This document shows positions 13,459 to 26,240 of a DNA stretch of 64,000 nucleotides, one piece after another. Below the pieces are notes generated by a model. That model was given only the letters and a program-made list of their open reading frames with translations, ran no database searches and had not been told where the DNA came from. Position 1 is the first letter of the stretch. The number at the start of each line of letters is the position of its first letter. The stretch covers positions 3,542,954 through 3,606,953 of the forward strand of contig CM120644.1 in assembly GCA_051362555.1 (NCBI GenBank), in the 5' to 3' direction. The stretch is from Lingula anatina (Eukaryota; Animalia; Brachiopoda). The position numbers and the translations under genes were made by a program.

Positions 13459-15097
13459 GAAATCCAGCGTCCCAAACCTGTCCATGTATGTCCAAAGCGT
13501 CCTGGACAGTCAAAGCTAGTTTGTATACACCGACCATAAATTGCCCCATCCACAATTCCTGGTTTTTGTCAGAACTCTCTCTCCATAAATTATGTTCTGC
13601 TCTCCTTGTTGCCAGATTCAAATGCTCGTGTCTATCAAGAAAACTGTCGTGGTTGGCTTCAATGAAATATCGAATATATTATACTTTGCCATAATTCTTT
13701 AAGGCCTTGTAATGATAAAATTGTAACAGCTTGTCAAAGCGTGCACTATTATTTATTTATTTATTTTGTGCTGACATTTGTTGCATGCCTGTGGCAGTGT
13801 GTAGTCAGGCGTCAGTCTCTACCAATTAACCCATTACCATGTATGTACGTAGTGATACGTAGTGGTTTTATTTGGCAGTGCTCTTTGGGCTGTTTAAAGC
13901 TTGTCTTTGGCGAAGCACAGTTCTGTCAAAAAGTATCCATATGTCGGCAACTACTGCATCGAAGAATGTGAAATTTTGCATACAGGTCGGTTTTGCAGTG
14001 CATAATAATATATGAGTAAAGCACTGTTTTACTAAATTGTTAATCTGTGCCAGAATGGTGAGAAAAGGACAGACATTACCAGACATATTAATGCGCCAAA
14101 CAGAACGGTCCGCACAGTTTTAAAGAGTGATGTCCAGATTGACGTACCTACACAAAGGCCACGCCCAATGTAGCGAAATCTTACCACAAGGGTACAGGAC
14201 TAACTGCTTCATTGCCCTAACAAGCTCATGTCTGCTAGATGTTGTTATTTCTGGGTAATTCCAGCAGCTTTAATTGGTCAATAGAACGGGATGTTACTTA
14301 ATTTGGGGTCAACTAGAAGGATGGGGAGACATGTGTTATGGGATCCCTGTTAATTCCCATCAGTTCAACGACCCGGCCACAGAAAACTGAAAAAATCCTG
14401 GTTGTGCATTGAGACTTGATTTCATGCTACAATGCAATTTTATTGTGTTTGAATAAAAAACATTCAGACGATCTTTTATCATGCTCAGTCCATACTTTTG
14501 ATCAGGACATTTTTTAACCATTAACTGCATAATGGTTTGCTATTTCCTTGGAGAACATGTAAGTAGTCACAAGTTGCTAGCTGAAAATATAACATTTAGT
14601 TTCTAGTTGATAGTCTTCTGATGCTCAGTTATCTTATGGTATGAGCGGTTTCAACCCGAATGTATCTACTGGAACCAATTGCTGGGTCACACATTGATGC
14701 TAGCCTTATCATGTTTCGCAGCCTGGCTATGTAAAATTTCAGTTTGGCCACGCTTTTTGATGTATCTCATTTTACAGGCCCTCCATTTTATTTATTTATT
14801 TATTTATTTTAATTTTGTTATGAAAATCTAATGTTATGCCCTATGTTATTATAATTGGAGGTTTTTCTTCCACAATTGGTGGACATTTTTTAATGTCAAA
14901 AAATATGAACAACAGAAAATCCTGATACCAAATATCTATTTTTCTTTAAAAAAAACAGCTTAGGCATTTTTATAGCAGGGAATCTTTGATTAGTGGGCAC
15001 TGTACTACTCAGATATTGCATCCAGAAAATGAAAATTCACATAAAGCACCCTTGTAAAAGGGTGGCCTGCAGGCTGACGCTATAAACCATATTAACA

Positions 15098-15310
15098 CGT
15101 TTATAAGACATTTATAAGAGGGTCATTTATAAAAGCTTATTCCCTGGCCGCTATACCACCTAGCAGTCAGTGAGTGTGAACAACTACTCACGTCAGTCTG
15201 ATGAAGGCCTTCGACCAGGTTGGCCGTAAGCTAACGGTACGGAAATTTTTAGGCTTGTGTTTGAGAATTTTCATGTATATCCAACAACCTAGCTAATGAA
15301 CATTTTTGCT
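15098..15310 (+). mobile_element. 213-bp insertion with degenerate hammerhead core (Penelope pseudo-LTR / retrozyme-like)
   Basis: Perfect 10-bp direct repeats CATATTAACA at 15088-15097 and 15311-15320; internal CTGATGA-A-GGCC-loop-GGCC-GTAAGCT at 15198-15232. Confidence 0.6.
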
Positions 15311-16448
15311 CATATTAACATGACTGAGAATTTTAGTTAATTGGCCAATTTCAGCTCACCTGACTTTGGTCTCTGCTCATGCCTAAAAAAAAAAAAAAAA
15401 TAGGTGTAAAAACTTGGGACTCCCTCTCCCGCTGGTAGCACACGTTATATATCTGCCTGAGCTCTTCGTTGCTTCACGGGAAAACTCTGGGTTAATCTCC
15501 TTAATGTTATTGTGACTTTAAAAAATATACACCAAAACCAAGGGGCATTTGGTCAACAAATATATGGACTAAGAAAAAAGCTTTTTGATATAGAACGGCT
15601 TTCAAGTGTCATATGAAAAAATATGAATAAAATTTTTCTATACAACATTGGTCAAAAAGGTTGTCCCACCACCACTTCCATGTACTTTTATTTACAAATG
15701 ATTACCTCACAGCTGTAAATTGTTAGAAATAGTGCTTTTTATTCCAGATACCGTGTCTAACACGATTAAGGGTTCAAAAAATATAAAATAGTGGTGAAAA
15801 TATACAAATTTTATACAATTAAGTGAAATTTATAACAGGTACCCCCTCAAATCCAATGTTTCAATGTGATTTCAACAGATGTAAAGAAATGTCAATTAAA
15901 TTGAAAAGAGGCCATCAAATGTCGCCAAATTTACACACAATTAGCATTAGGGTGTGCTAGTTAAAGTTCACGTGCCTAATAGCGTGTGCGGCTACTGTGT
16001 ACTGCAATTATCTCCTGTAGATGGCGCGACAAGCAGAACGCGCAGTTCCTACGAAGGGGATGCCCCCTTCCCCCTTTCCTCCCTTGCTGTGATTTGCCCA
16101 GTGCTTCCTTTCCAGTAGACGGTTCTTTCACGACCGATATAACTGCTAAGTAAACATTCTATAACCAGTTGTATGTTTTTAATCTGGTACTCGGTATTCT
16201 GGTATTACAAATTCTCACCTAACGAATTGAAGCTATTTTTGGAGAAAGGTCGTTAAGTTCTATGATGAAAGGGCTTTAAAATATTGCATTTTAAACTTTA
16301 GCTGCAATAGATGGATGCCATAACACAGACAATAGTTGAATCATATCAGATAATATTAAAAACAGTTAACAAACACCGTAATCATTCGGTCTTTTCCGTA
16401 CATATACGTCAGTCAACGACCGTTGACGGGGAATCCCCTTTTAAAAAT

Positions 16449-16935
16449 AGCTGTGGCAACATTTATATGAAGTCATGCTGGTCGAGTCAAAGGGTTTTAT
16501 TACATTTCACCAAGGCATTCCTTCCAAGACCCAAGATGACGATTTCTTTGATCCTAATTATGTAAACAATATCATAGTATTTGACGACCTATTTGCCAAA
16601 GCAGCGGTTGATAGCAAAATACGAGACTTATTTACCAAAGTGTCACATCATCGCAATGTTAGTGTCATCCTTATTACCCAAAACATTTTTTCCCAGAGAG
16701 AAGGAAGCGAGAACCATCTCTTTGAACTGCCATTATCTCGTTCTCTTTAAAAACCCAAGGGACAGATTGCAGGTCAGAACACTAGCCCAGCAGATGTATC
16801 CCGGTGAGGTAAAAGGTTTCCTCCGAGTTTTTAAACAAGCAACCTCTCCTCCTCATGGCTATCTCTTCATCGATCTAAAGCAAGACATTCCAGATGACTG
16901 TCGTCTACGTGTTGGTATATTTCCCGAGGAAAACA
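16449..16935 (+). pseudogene. Polinton/Maverick packaging ATPase (A32-like), frameshifted, Walker A missing
   Basis: WQHLYEVM..TFHQGIP..IIVFDDL..IRDLFTKVSHHRNVSVILITQNIF, frameshift near 16690, then ARTISLNCHYLVLFKNPRDRLQVRTLAQQMYPG..PHGYLFIDL..RLRVGIFP. Confidence 0.85.
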
Positions 16936-17158
16936 ACGACGATGAGTACCAATCAGAGACTGTAAAGTATTTACAAGAGAAGAAACATAAAAAGCAACCG
17001 TTTACAAAAATAACTGATAAAATAGAAGCAGACCAACGTTGTGGAAAAGAAATTACCTTAACTTAAATGAAAAGGTTAATTTGAATGATGAACTGTCCCT
17101 CGAGAAATAGTCGTACTGGAAACGACAAAAAACACAAGAAGGACAGTACCATAACCCT

Positions 17159-17420
17159 ATGGTGGCTGAAACAGTGTATATGAAGACCACTCCTACACAA
17201 CACTCAACACTCCCCCCGCCATATAGGACTGTAGGTTCACCGCAACGACCACCCACCATTACCAGTGGAGTCGACCGTCCCATGGCGGGACCTAAAAGAA
17301 AGATGTTTGATAAAAAATCAAGAGAACCCGTGCAAAAACGAACGCGTTTTAAAAATGCTTATTCCAAAAAGACATATAATTTCGGACCGAAACCTAAACC
17401 AAAACAGACAGGAATGGGGA
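17159..17420 (+). pseudogene. Basic Pro/Lys-rich ORF relic, probably Polinton-derived
   Basis: Directly downstream of the ATPase; K/R/P-rich, ending KPKPKQTGMG, which resembles a QxGxG protease-site motif. Confidence 0.35.
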
Positions 17421-20400
17421 CTCCCTTATTACAACGGTATGTGTCGGATTCCATCCCCAGAAATGCACTGCATGACGTCACGCTTAGCCCACTGCGCATG
17501 TGTGCACTTTCAATGAGTTGCTAGATTGCCATAGGAAAATGAATGGGTTCGCGATTCGTGGGTAATTCGTGATAATTGACAAACAAACGGCCTGATGCCG
17601 ATAGACAGCAACGCTGTGCTGTGCTACACGCAACTCCTGACCAAATATCGCTAGGGTTTTAAAAAAATTATGTTGTACACACGTACTAAGAAGTTTGCTG
17701 TGTATTGCCTAGCCTACCCTCAGCAAAACGCACATATTTTCAGAAATAGTGATTTAGACGGTAGATTCACTCAGAAACAAAGGCAAACTAATTCGTTGCC
17801 GATAGCACCAGCAGATAGCAGCACCATACAGAGTCTGATTAAAAACTTTCATGGCAATTGAAGAACTTTTACCACTGTACAATGGAGTCCAAAAAAGCAC
17901 TTGGCACAAATGTGAAACTGCCCAGTGCAAGGTCAAGAATCAGTATTTTCAATCATATTATCAGATTCTACATAAATTGACTGACAATATCACTACTCAG
18001 TATTTAACTAATCTCTTAATCCAAAATTCCTATCATCATTTAATAATAATGCAAAATTCTTCTTTCAGATTGCTATTTGTTTTAAATTTTAATGCTGCAA
18101 CTGTTCCAAAATAATCTTGTAGTAAAGGAAATATGCAAATAAGAAGTGGAAGACCAATTTTACCCACATTATTCAATTATTTGAATATAAAAAGAATAAG
18201 ATCACGATTTAACAAATTAAAATAATCTTTCATTAACTCTTTCATGAATAACATATTAAACAAAATCAAAGTTATAAATTAGTGGTAATGGCTTATTCTG
18301 GAATATATGACCTCTGCACATCATCAGTACCTGACTTGATACAGTATAGTTACAACATGTACTTGGATACAGAGTTAGATTTAATAATGTAACAATAAGA
18401 ACAGTATATATTACAATAAACTTCTCTGCACATATCAGACGCTTGTTACCATGAACTAACACTACTTGACAATGGGCTGAGCAGTTATCACAGAGTCTGT
18501 GTGCGATGCCATTGTTGTTCTGTGATTGGCTATTTGAGTCACGTGAAGCCCAACTGTAGAGCCCTCGCGTATCGCGTGAATGCTGCGCATTTCTGGCCAT
18601 GAGAATAAGAAGAGTCTCCGTTAACTTGTAAAGGTCGATCCTGACAGTGAATACTATACCGATTCCGATGTGTCTGACAGCATAGAAATGGCAAATACTG
18701 GGGAATACTGGAGAAAACCTAATACTGGAGCAAACCGAAATGTCAAGCATAGAGTCGGCTTCAGAGACGGACGATAGTGAATCGGAAAATTACAAAAATA
18801 TGGGAACAAATCCCTTGAAACTATTATTTACAATAATAACCATATCGAGAATGATCCAATATACAAGGCGCTTTTAAATTTCTATCAAAATGGAGAGCAA
18901 TACCCGTGGCTATCTTTCCGTGGCCGATATGCTATTCCAATCAAGATACCAGTTCAGAAAAAAATAGTAGATAATCTGTTGTACAAGTTGATGAATTTTT
19001 CTTCCACTTCCTGAATATTGCTATTTATAAAATAAAACCCACAGTCTGAATGCGTAGCATATATTCTGATGATGGAGATGTGATTGTAAACCCTTCTGTA
19101 AATAAAACTACCTTGTCAATAAACAAATATGGCCATTCATTATTGTTAAGTAAGCAGTATGTTAGCTGACCGCTCTTCGTCCGATCAAAAGCTATTGTAA
19201 GCTATAAGTAGGTCAGAAATCCAAAATGCGAGTTAGCGTCACTGTTGACACACACTATTGTAAGTCGAATTTGCCCAATAAAACAAAAGAAATGCTATCT
19301 TCATTGTTGACACAATCTATTGTAAGCTATAAGGAAGACAGTGAGCTTCACTATTGACACGCTCTATTGTAAGTCGTAGTTGCCCAAAATTTACTGTACG
19401 GGACGCCCGCATGTGTGCTTAACTCTTTGTCATGTACACCATTTAGACATATATTTGACATGACCGTTTGAGTCCAAGGGCAGTTAATTACTGCCTTACG
19501 GCTTTTAGTAGGCGGGACAGACATTCAAGCCGGTTAAGCTGACAACAATCTAGTGAGATGGATCGATCTAAATATCTATGGGAATGGGGTCTTAGACATG
19601 TCATGTAGAGCTGGGTATAAATTGGACTGGTGGTGGGTAGACTATTGTTGCATCCTTTATCTCGATCGGTGTATATAATAATGAGCCTTACACAATTAAG
19701 AAGCAAACTACTATGAGAACAATACAAATATGCCCCTCGTGCCCCCCCCCCCCACTCACGATAAAGAAAAGTAAATAATGTAGTAAAAATTAAATTGCAA
19801 TATGCATTTTAAGTCATAGGAAGGTCAATTTCAGGTAATGCATATGAGAAAACGCTTATGTTTGAGCGACATTAGCCAATATAGCATTTGAAACTTATAC
19901 TTCTTCGTTTTGACCGACAGTCCTAATTACCCAAAAGCGAGACATGGAACTCTACTGTATGAGACATTTTGTAGCTTCTTTAAAATTGGAGTTTTTTTAA
20001 TGAAGTTTATAGAGTGGCAAACATCAAAATACTTCATGGTTATTATTGGAATATTTAATGAAAATACATATTATAACATATTATCACAAAATCCTTATGT
20101 TTGGCATTATAATTATGTTAATTTATATTTTGTAGAATTTACAGGCATAATGCCAAAATTATCTGCATGACCTCGTTCGCATTTCGATCGGCACAACGGT
20201 TTGATCCAGTGTTTTGAACGGTCCATAGACTGCATAGAGTCGGATTGTGTCTCTGCTTTCTTGCCTGGCACTGTGGATATGTGCCTGTATAAGAAGGATC
20301 ATTTTGAGAGAATTGGCTTAGTCCCATGACGAAAAGAAGGCTTTTTGGTTAACAATTTATCTTGTTTTAGTGGTTTATCGAATTTTAGATTTTGCACATG

Positions 20401-22276
20401 GATGCCATGCCACAGGCAGTTCACAGTTTTTTCATATGAAAACTGCCATCTAAACCGTAAAACATTTGGCCTTTTACACATGTCAGTCAATGAACGTCAA
20501 CGAACGTCGGCAGTTTTAACTGTAACTGTTCCTGGCTATTTGTTTAGCGTAAACTCTATCTATATCATTGACAGAATACAGTGACTCAAAGAACAAAATG
20601 TTGAATTTTTGCTTAATCATTGTCTTGCTTTTGACACATCTTTCACAGATAGGCCTGCGGTAGTGCGCTATAACTTCAAAGGACATACGCTTGACACTTC
20701 GTTTTTACTTCCCGTTGCTTTTTCACTGCAAAATTTATTCAGTGAGATCAAGCGTTTATTGCATGAATGAACCTTCTGTTAAACAAATACAGTTTTGGAT
20801 TTATATATGGATCGCCATTGAAACAACTATTGACCTGCATGTAAACTGAGTGTTTGTCCGGGCCCATCCGAAAGAGCTGGCTCAGTCAGAAATGTAGTTT
20901 TGCAGTTTTCGGGTTGAGTGTCTCTTACTTAAAACCAGGTTGCTTTCGTCTGTGCTGTGTTTGATTTTCCCCTTAAAACAAATTTCCAACAGCAAAAGAC
21001 CTCAGATTATGAAAATGTGCCAAACAAATTGTTTTTGAGACGAGCACCAGCACAAGTTCCATTGTATTGGTGTGGAATGCATTGATAATTGGCATCTAGG
21101 CCTGCTGAGGCAGTCGCACTTAATATTTTGATAGCAATTAACTGGCGAAAACAATTGTTGTGAGGTATTTTTTCACTCTTCACAAATCCACATTGCTCAA
21201 TCTAGCAAAGAAAGTAAGATGGTAAATCAGCCAAAAGTTCAGTCATGTGCACATAATTTCCTTGTTTACCTTTACGGTGTTCATTGCAACTGTTGTGGAA
21301 TTTTACGCCAAGAAATTACCGCGAAAAGTAAAAATGTGTATCATCTTGAGTTTGTTAGCTAGAAAAAATGTCACAGTATTTTGTTGGTTTTAAAGATAAA
21401 AATAATTGGGCGCTGATAATTGCAAAAGTTTCTCATAGTGTGATATGGCAATTGCGTCATTTACCATATTGACAATGTGGGAACATTAAAAAAGTATCAC
21501 ACGCAATGCCAAGAATGCTTTATTTTCATCTGTTATTGAAATTGATAAATTCAAGGTTTTTCAACGCTTTTCTTCATGAATATTTCATTCAACTGTGATT
21601 ATAAGACATTTATGCAGCTCTCGTTTCTTCCAGGAAATATTTCTTCTTTAGCAGATTATGCTTGATATAGACGATTACGTGGTCGAAACTATGAAAAGAA
21701 AATATGTTTATGAACACAACATATAACAAATTTAAGCAGTATAAACACACATGCTTGGACAAGCCTTCACCAAATTTCCTCAAAAGGAAGAAGAGCACGA
21801 GTGAGTACTGCTAAGAATCCAAGGCAGTCTCTTCAAAAGCGTCCAAGTCAAATTAGCCTTAATTATTAGCGCAATATTAATATTGGTTAGGGGGTATAAA
21901 TTGTTCCGCAAGGAAAAAGAGTTATGCTTTGTTCTGTCAACTTGAGAAAATTGTTAACAGAGCTGACTTTTTGAAAATGTATAATTCATTTAGCAAAATC
22001 TGTCAACATAATTTACACTTGCAAAGATGGAAATGGTTTGAAGTGATGTTGAGAGACACCTTAGACTATAAAGGGAGCCTTGTATATATTATAGTAGGAA
22101 CATTGCTAATGAATGCTATAAAATGAAACGTACCTGATGGGTCAAATGATCGTAGGATGATGTTTTTTTCCCAGATGAAATCTTTATTTCTATTATTTTT
22201 TGACATTACAACAAAGGTGTTATTTACATTCTTAAACCAATAGTTAGGTATCCAGTCTTTAACAGGCAAAACTTAC

Positions 22277-22387
22277 CGTCTTGGCATAGTGATCCGGTAT
22301 ATCCTGTGTGGCAGAGACACTTAAATTGGCTTCCAGACCCAGTTACCTCACATACCCCATTACTGCAAGGGTTAGGGTGGCAAGTAG
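22277..22387 (-). CDS. Orphan EGF exon (phase 1-1, 111 nt)
   Basis: ctgtcaag|xTCHPNPCSNGVCEVTGSGSQFKCLCHTGYTGSLCQD|gtaagt; lies within ORF 22224..22445, 605 bp from the previous EGF exon. Confidence 0.78.
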
Positions 22388-22881
22388 CTTGACAGAAATT
22401 TTGCATAATTAATATATTACATGTTCCACAATATTGCTCTCTCAATTTGCATAGTTAACATCTATGAACCCCAGATAACCTAATTAATAACTGTGATCTT
22501 ACTTTTAATATACATACTTAGTTTGAAATAGGCCTTAATCATTTGCCCCACACGTTGCTTTATTTTAAAGAAAACATGGAACTTGGCATCTGTACTGTCC
22601 ACGCCAAAGCTCCTCACAGTAGTTTTTTATCAACTTAACCAGGGTAATCACATGGCTTACATGATATCATTTAATCTATGAAATATATTACTTGTACATG
22701 CACCATCGGTATTAAAAGGAAATTTTGCTCCCGGCTTATTTTATGGTAAGTGCTTAGCTGGGTCAAATGATCTAATTGTTTTTATAAGTTGTAGTCTTTT
22801 TTCTATTACATTTCAACATTGCAACCTATAAATATTTGCTTCTATCTATATTCTTAATCAACTATCAACAGAAAAGCTTAC

Positions 22882-23001
22882 CTCTCTCGCATGTGCGTCC
22901 TGTATATCCATTTCGGCATTTACAGTGAAAAACGTAACCATTTCTAATGCGCAGATATTCACATATCCCACTATTACGGCAAGGGTTAGGGATGCAGTCA
23001 A
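22882..23001 (-). CDS. Orphan EGF exon (phase 1-1, 120 nt)
   Basis: tttttaag|xDCIPNPCRNSGICEYLRIRNGYVFHCKCRNGYTGRTCER|gtaagc; six Cys in EGF spacing; flanking intron is homologous to the cassette introns. Confidence 0.75.
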
Positions 23002-24716
23002 CTTAAAAAAAAATTGTGCATAATTAACACGTTAGACAAATTTTCTCTCTCAACTTGCATATTCAATATCTAGGAAATATAACTATTTGAATCAAATTCC
23101 CTAGAATAATGTACAAGCACTTCACAACTGTAACATTACTTTACATGTACAGGCACAGTGTGAAAATCAGCTTGATCTGTCTATTTTTGCAGACGTTCAC
23201 CTGTTTTCCAGCTATATTACACAAGGTGTACTACAGATACAGTATAGTATTGTCAATTTACCACTCTTTTGTGTACAAAATATTAAATCTTAATCTTCAA
23301 ATAATTTAATCATATCTTCTCATTTCACACTCCAATAGCATGATTTATCACACACACTGGTGTTTTTAATGTAAAAAGAAAATGATTTTCCCTTTCCAGT
23401 AAAAAATTACCATTTTCCTATCCAAAGCTAAACATTGGTACTCTTCTGTTCATTTCTCAACCATAATATTGCAGTGTTTTTTTATGTTTGTTTTTAAATT
23501 GATTATTTTTTCTCCTTCAGATAAAGCAGCTTTGTTTTCAATGGAAAAGGGAAAAATATTCTTCATTACAAAGTGGAAATTTAATAGCTTTCTCCTATTC
23601 AATGCTACACATGGCTGTTTTTTCTGTCCATCTCTGAAAACCAGTGTTTTCATTGTTGTTTGAATGTTGTTTGAATCTAAAATTAACGATCATCTTTAGA
23701 CATATTATGTTTTAAACGTACCTGTATAATAGCCATGCTTTTGGCTAGCCTGCATTCTTTAGGGACAAACATAACTTTTGATTTTATACACGAGGTCTAC
23801 TTGATTTTTGATTAGCATTGTCCAAATTGAAAAAGAAATGTAAATGTGTTTGAAAATCAGAACTTTTTCTGATGAAAATGACAACGTAACAGTTTTTTTT
23901 TGCTGTAGATCGCGTTTAAGGATTTTAGTTTCTGTCTGCTCAGTCATGTTACAAGAAAGAATAGATAAGTTATAGATATGTTTAAAATGTACAATTTTTA
24001 ATGATTTTCAATGTAAAAATCAAAAGTAATTTTCTCCTGGAATACAAGAAATCACACCTTTTATCTCTTTTAAGTTAAACGGTAGAGTATTCTTCTTTAA
24101 AAGTAAATAGTGCAGTATTTTTACTCTTCATCTTTGAAAATAAGTGTTTTTCCTCGTTCAAAAGAAACAGCAACGTAATATGTATAATTATTATTCTCTT
24201 CGATGCGAGAAAAACAGATTTTTGTCAGTTCAAAGTTCAGTGCACTATTTTTTTCTGTTCATCTTTGAAATTATGTCTATCTTGAAAAATCAGTGTTTTT
24301 CTTGTTGAAATGAAACACCAATGTGTAATATGCAGAAATATATATTGCCATTAGTATAATATACGCTGAAGGAATTTTAAAAAAAATCAACCAAGCTGTA
24401 AGTTTGATATTCACCAGTAACATGGTTTTCCCTTAATGGTCGTTACAGCATCAGTGTCAAAAATAGGTTTTTCTTCAACTTTGATGCAATAGTCCATAAT
24501 GCTGAACAATATCATCACCATCTATTTATAATATAACATAGTGTAATGGATATTTAGAAAATGTGACTAGCATTCAGGCCTATAGAAGATCAATGTCACA
24601 AATTGAAAATGTGGTGATGTGATAATCGTCTTCTCAACCACCTTACTTTCAATGTTTTATTACTATTACTTTTAGTAAAGTATTATTTCTGTAAAAATAT
24701 TTTCTGTACACTTAAA

Positions 24717-24759
<43 letters not shown>

Positions 24760-24836
24760 TTGAGTATTATAGTTATTATTATGCAAATATTTGAGTACAC
24801 TTGTGTATTGGGGAGCAAATGAGGGAATATGAATAA

Positions 24837-24870
<34 letters not shown>

Positions 24871-25375
24871 ATAAGAGGGGTTTCTTTACATTACTCTTTG
24901 TTCTATCTGTATTTTCACACTGTGCATATATCTATTTATTTATTTACTTCAATAAAATATAAAAACTACCAAAGTAGCTTTATCTTTGCATCAGTCTATA
25001 CAGTTGGCACCTTTTTGGCCTTGTGTTATAATATATTACAGATGAAATGGGTATTCAGAAAATCTTTAAAGCATATGGTTTCAGGCCCATTGCATATCAA
25101 TTCTACAAAATATGAAAATGAACATATGACAAAAACACTTCATCACCTTAATAATTATTTTCCAATTAGGACGGCTTAAGATCTCGGCTTGTTTTGTACT
25201 AATATTTACTCATATTTATAAGTTCTTATAGTTTAAAGACTATAGGTCAACCTGTTTGTTCAGTAAATGTGTTATCTGTGCTGCATATACAGTGACGGCA
25301 GTGGTGACAAATTGCAGGTGATAGCCATATGTATAGACATCATGCCCCTTTACATTATAATGCTTTAACAGGCAT

Positions 25376-26240
25376 TTATAAGACTTATAACATAAACTTA
25401 TAAAAGACATACAGGTATTAATCAAATTGTCAGTTTGAAATCACCAATCCTAATTACACGGCATTTATTTGAAATAGTTAATACATGAATGGCAAATATG
25501 GCTCTTATTCGCAATCCCAAGTTACTGACCCTGTCAATCCCCTGAATAAAACTATAAGACTCACTGGAACAATATATTCCGTCCCCAAAGTAACCATAGA
25601 AACATTTACATTGGTGTCCATTATCCCAATTGCATGCCTCATTATACTGAAGTAGAATTGCCCAGCCTCTACTAGAGCCGCATGTGGCATTTTTCCCACA
25701 CTTCGCTGTAAACAAGTAAATGAAAAATGACAACATATAACAGGGAATCTGCGCCAGCAAAAATCCACACACTAGCTTTTAATATATAAATTCTAATAGA
25801 TAAATGCTACTTAATGAACCAAATCAGCTAGGACAAATAATCGTATTTTTTCAGTAATCTTTCTTTCCATTATTTTTCCATATTACAACCAAGAACTATT
25901 TGGTGTTATTCTTGACCAATAGTCAACAATCAAGTCTTTAACAGGCAAAGAAAATTAGAAATCGATGAATGCGACTTAGTGAAGCATATCAGCTAGTTCT
26001 CCTGATCGTATTGTCACCTTTGTCAGTTGTATTTTCCCCTCTTCCCATTTTATGACCTAGAACTATTTGTTGTTATCAACATTCTTTAACCAATAGCCAA
26101 CTATTCAGTCTTTAATGGGCGAAGCTTACCTATCTGGCATCTGAGTCCGGAATATCCATAGGGGCAGACACACCGATAACGTCCATTCTCTTGATAAACA
26201 CATGTCCCATTACGAAGGCAAGGGTTGGTGTAGCATATAT
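25376..26240 (-). CDS. EGF cassette copy 2 (exons 26130-26240, 25565-25705, 25376-25383); no leader exon of its own found
   Basis: [86 protein letters not shown]. Splice sites intact, frames open, introns paralogous to copy 1. Confidence 0.75.

Noticed and set aside
18256-18750. 164-aa minus-strand ORF with Cys residues and a hydrophobic stretch, considered as a membrane anchor for the EGF exons
   Set aside because: No recognisable motif or convincing phase-1 acceptor; the plus strand here looks more like decayed Polinton coding sequence.
19190-19390. Short repeats (ctattgtaagc/t) with variable spacers, CRISPR-like at first glance
   Set aside because: Eukaryotic context, degenerate repeats, irregular spacing and no cas genes; probably transposon subterminal repeats.
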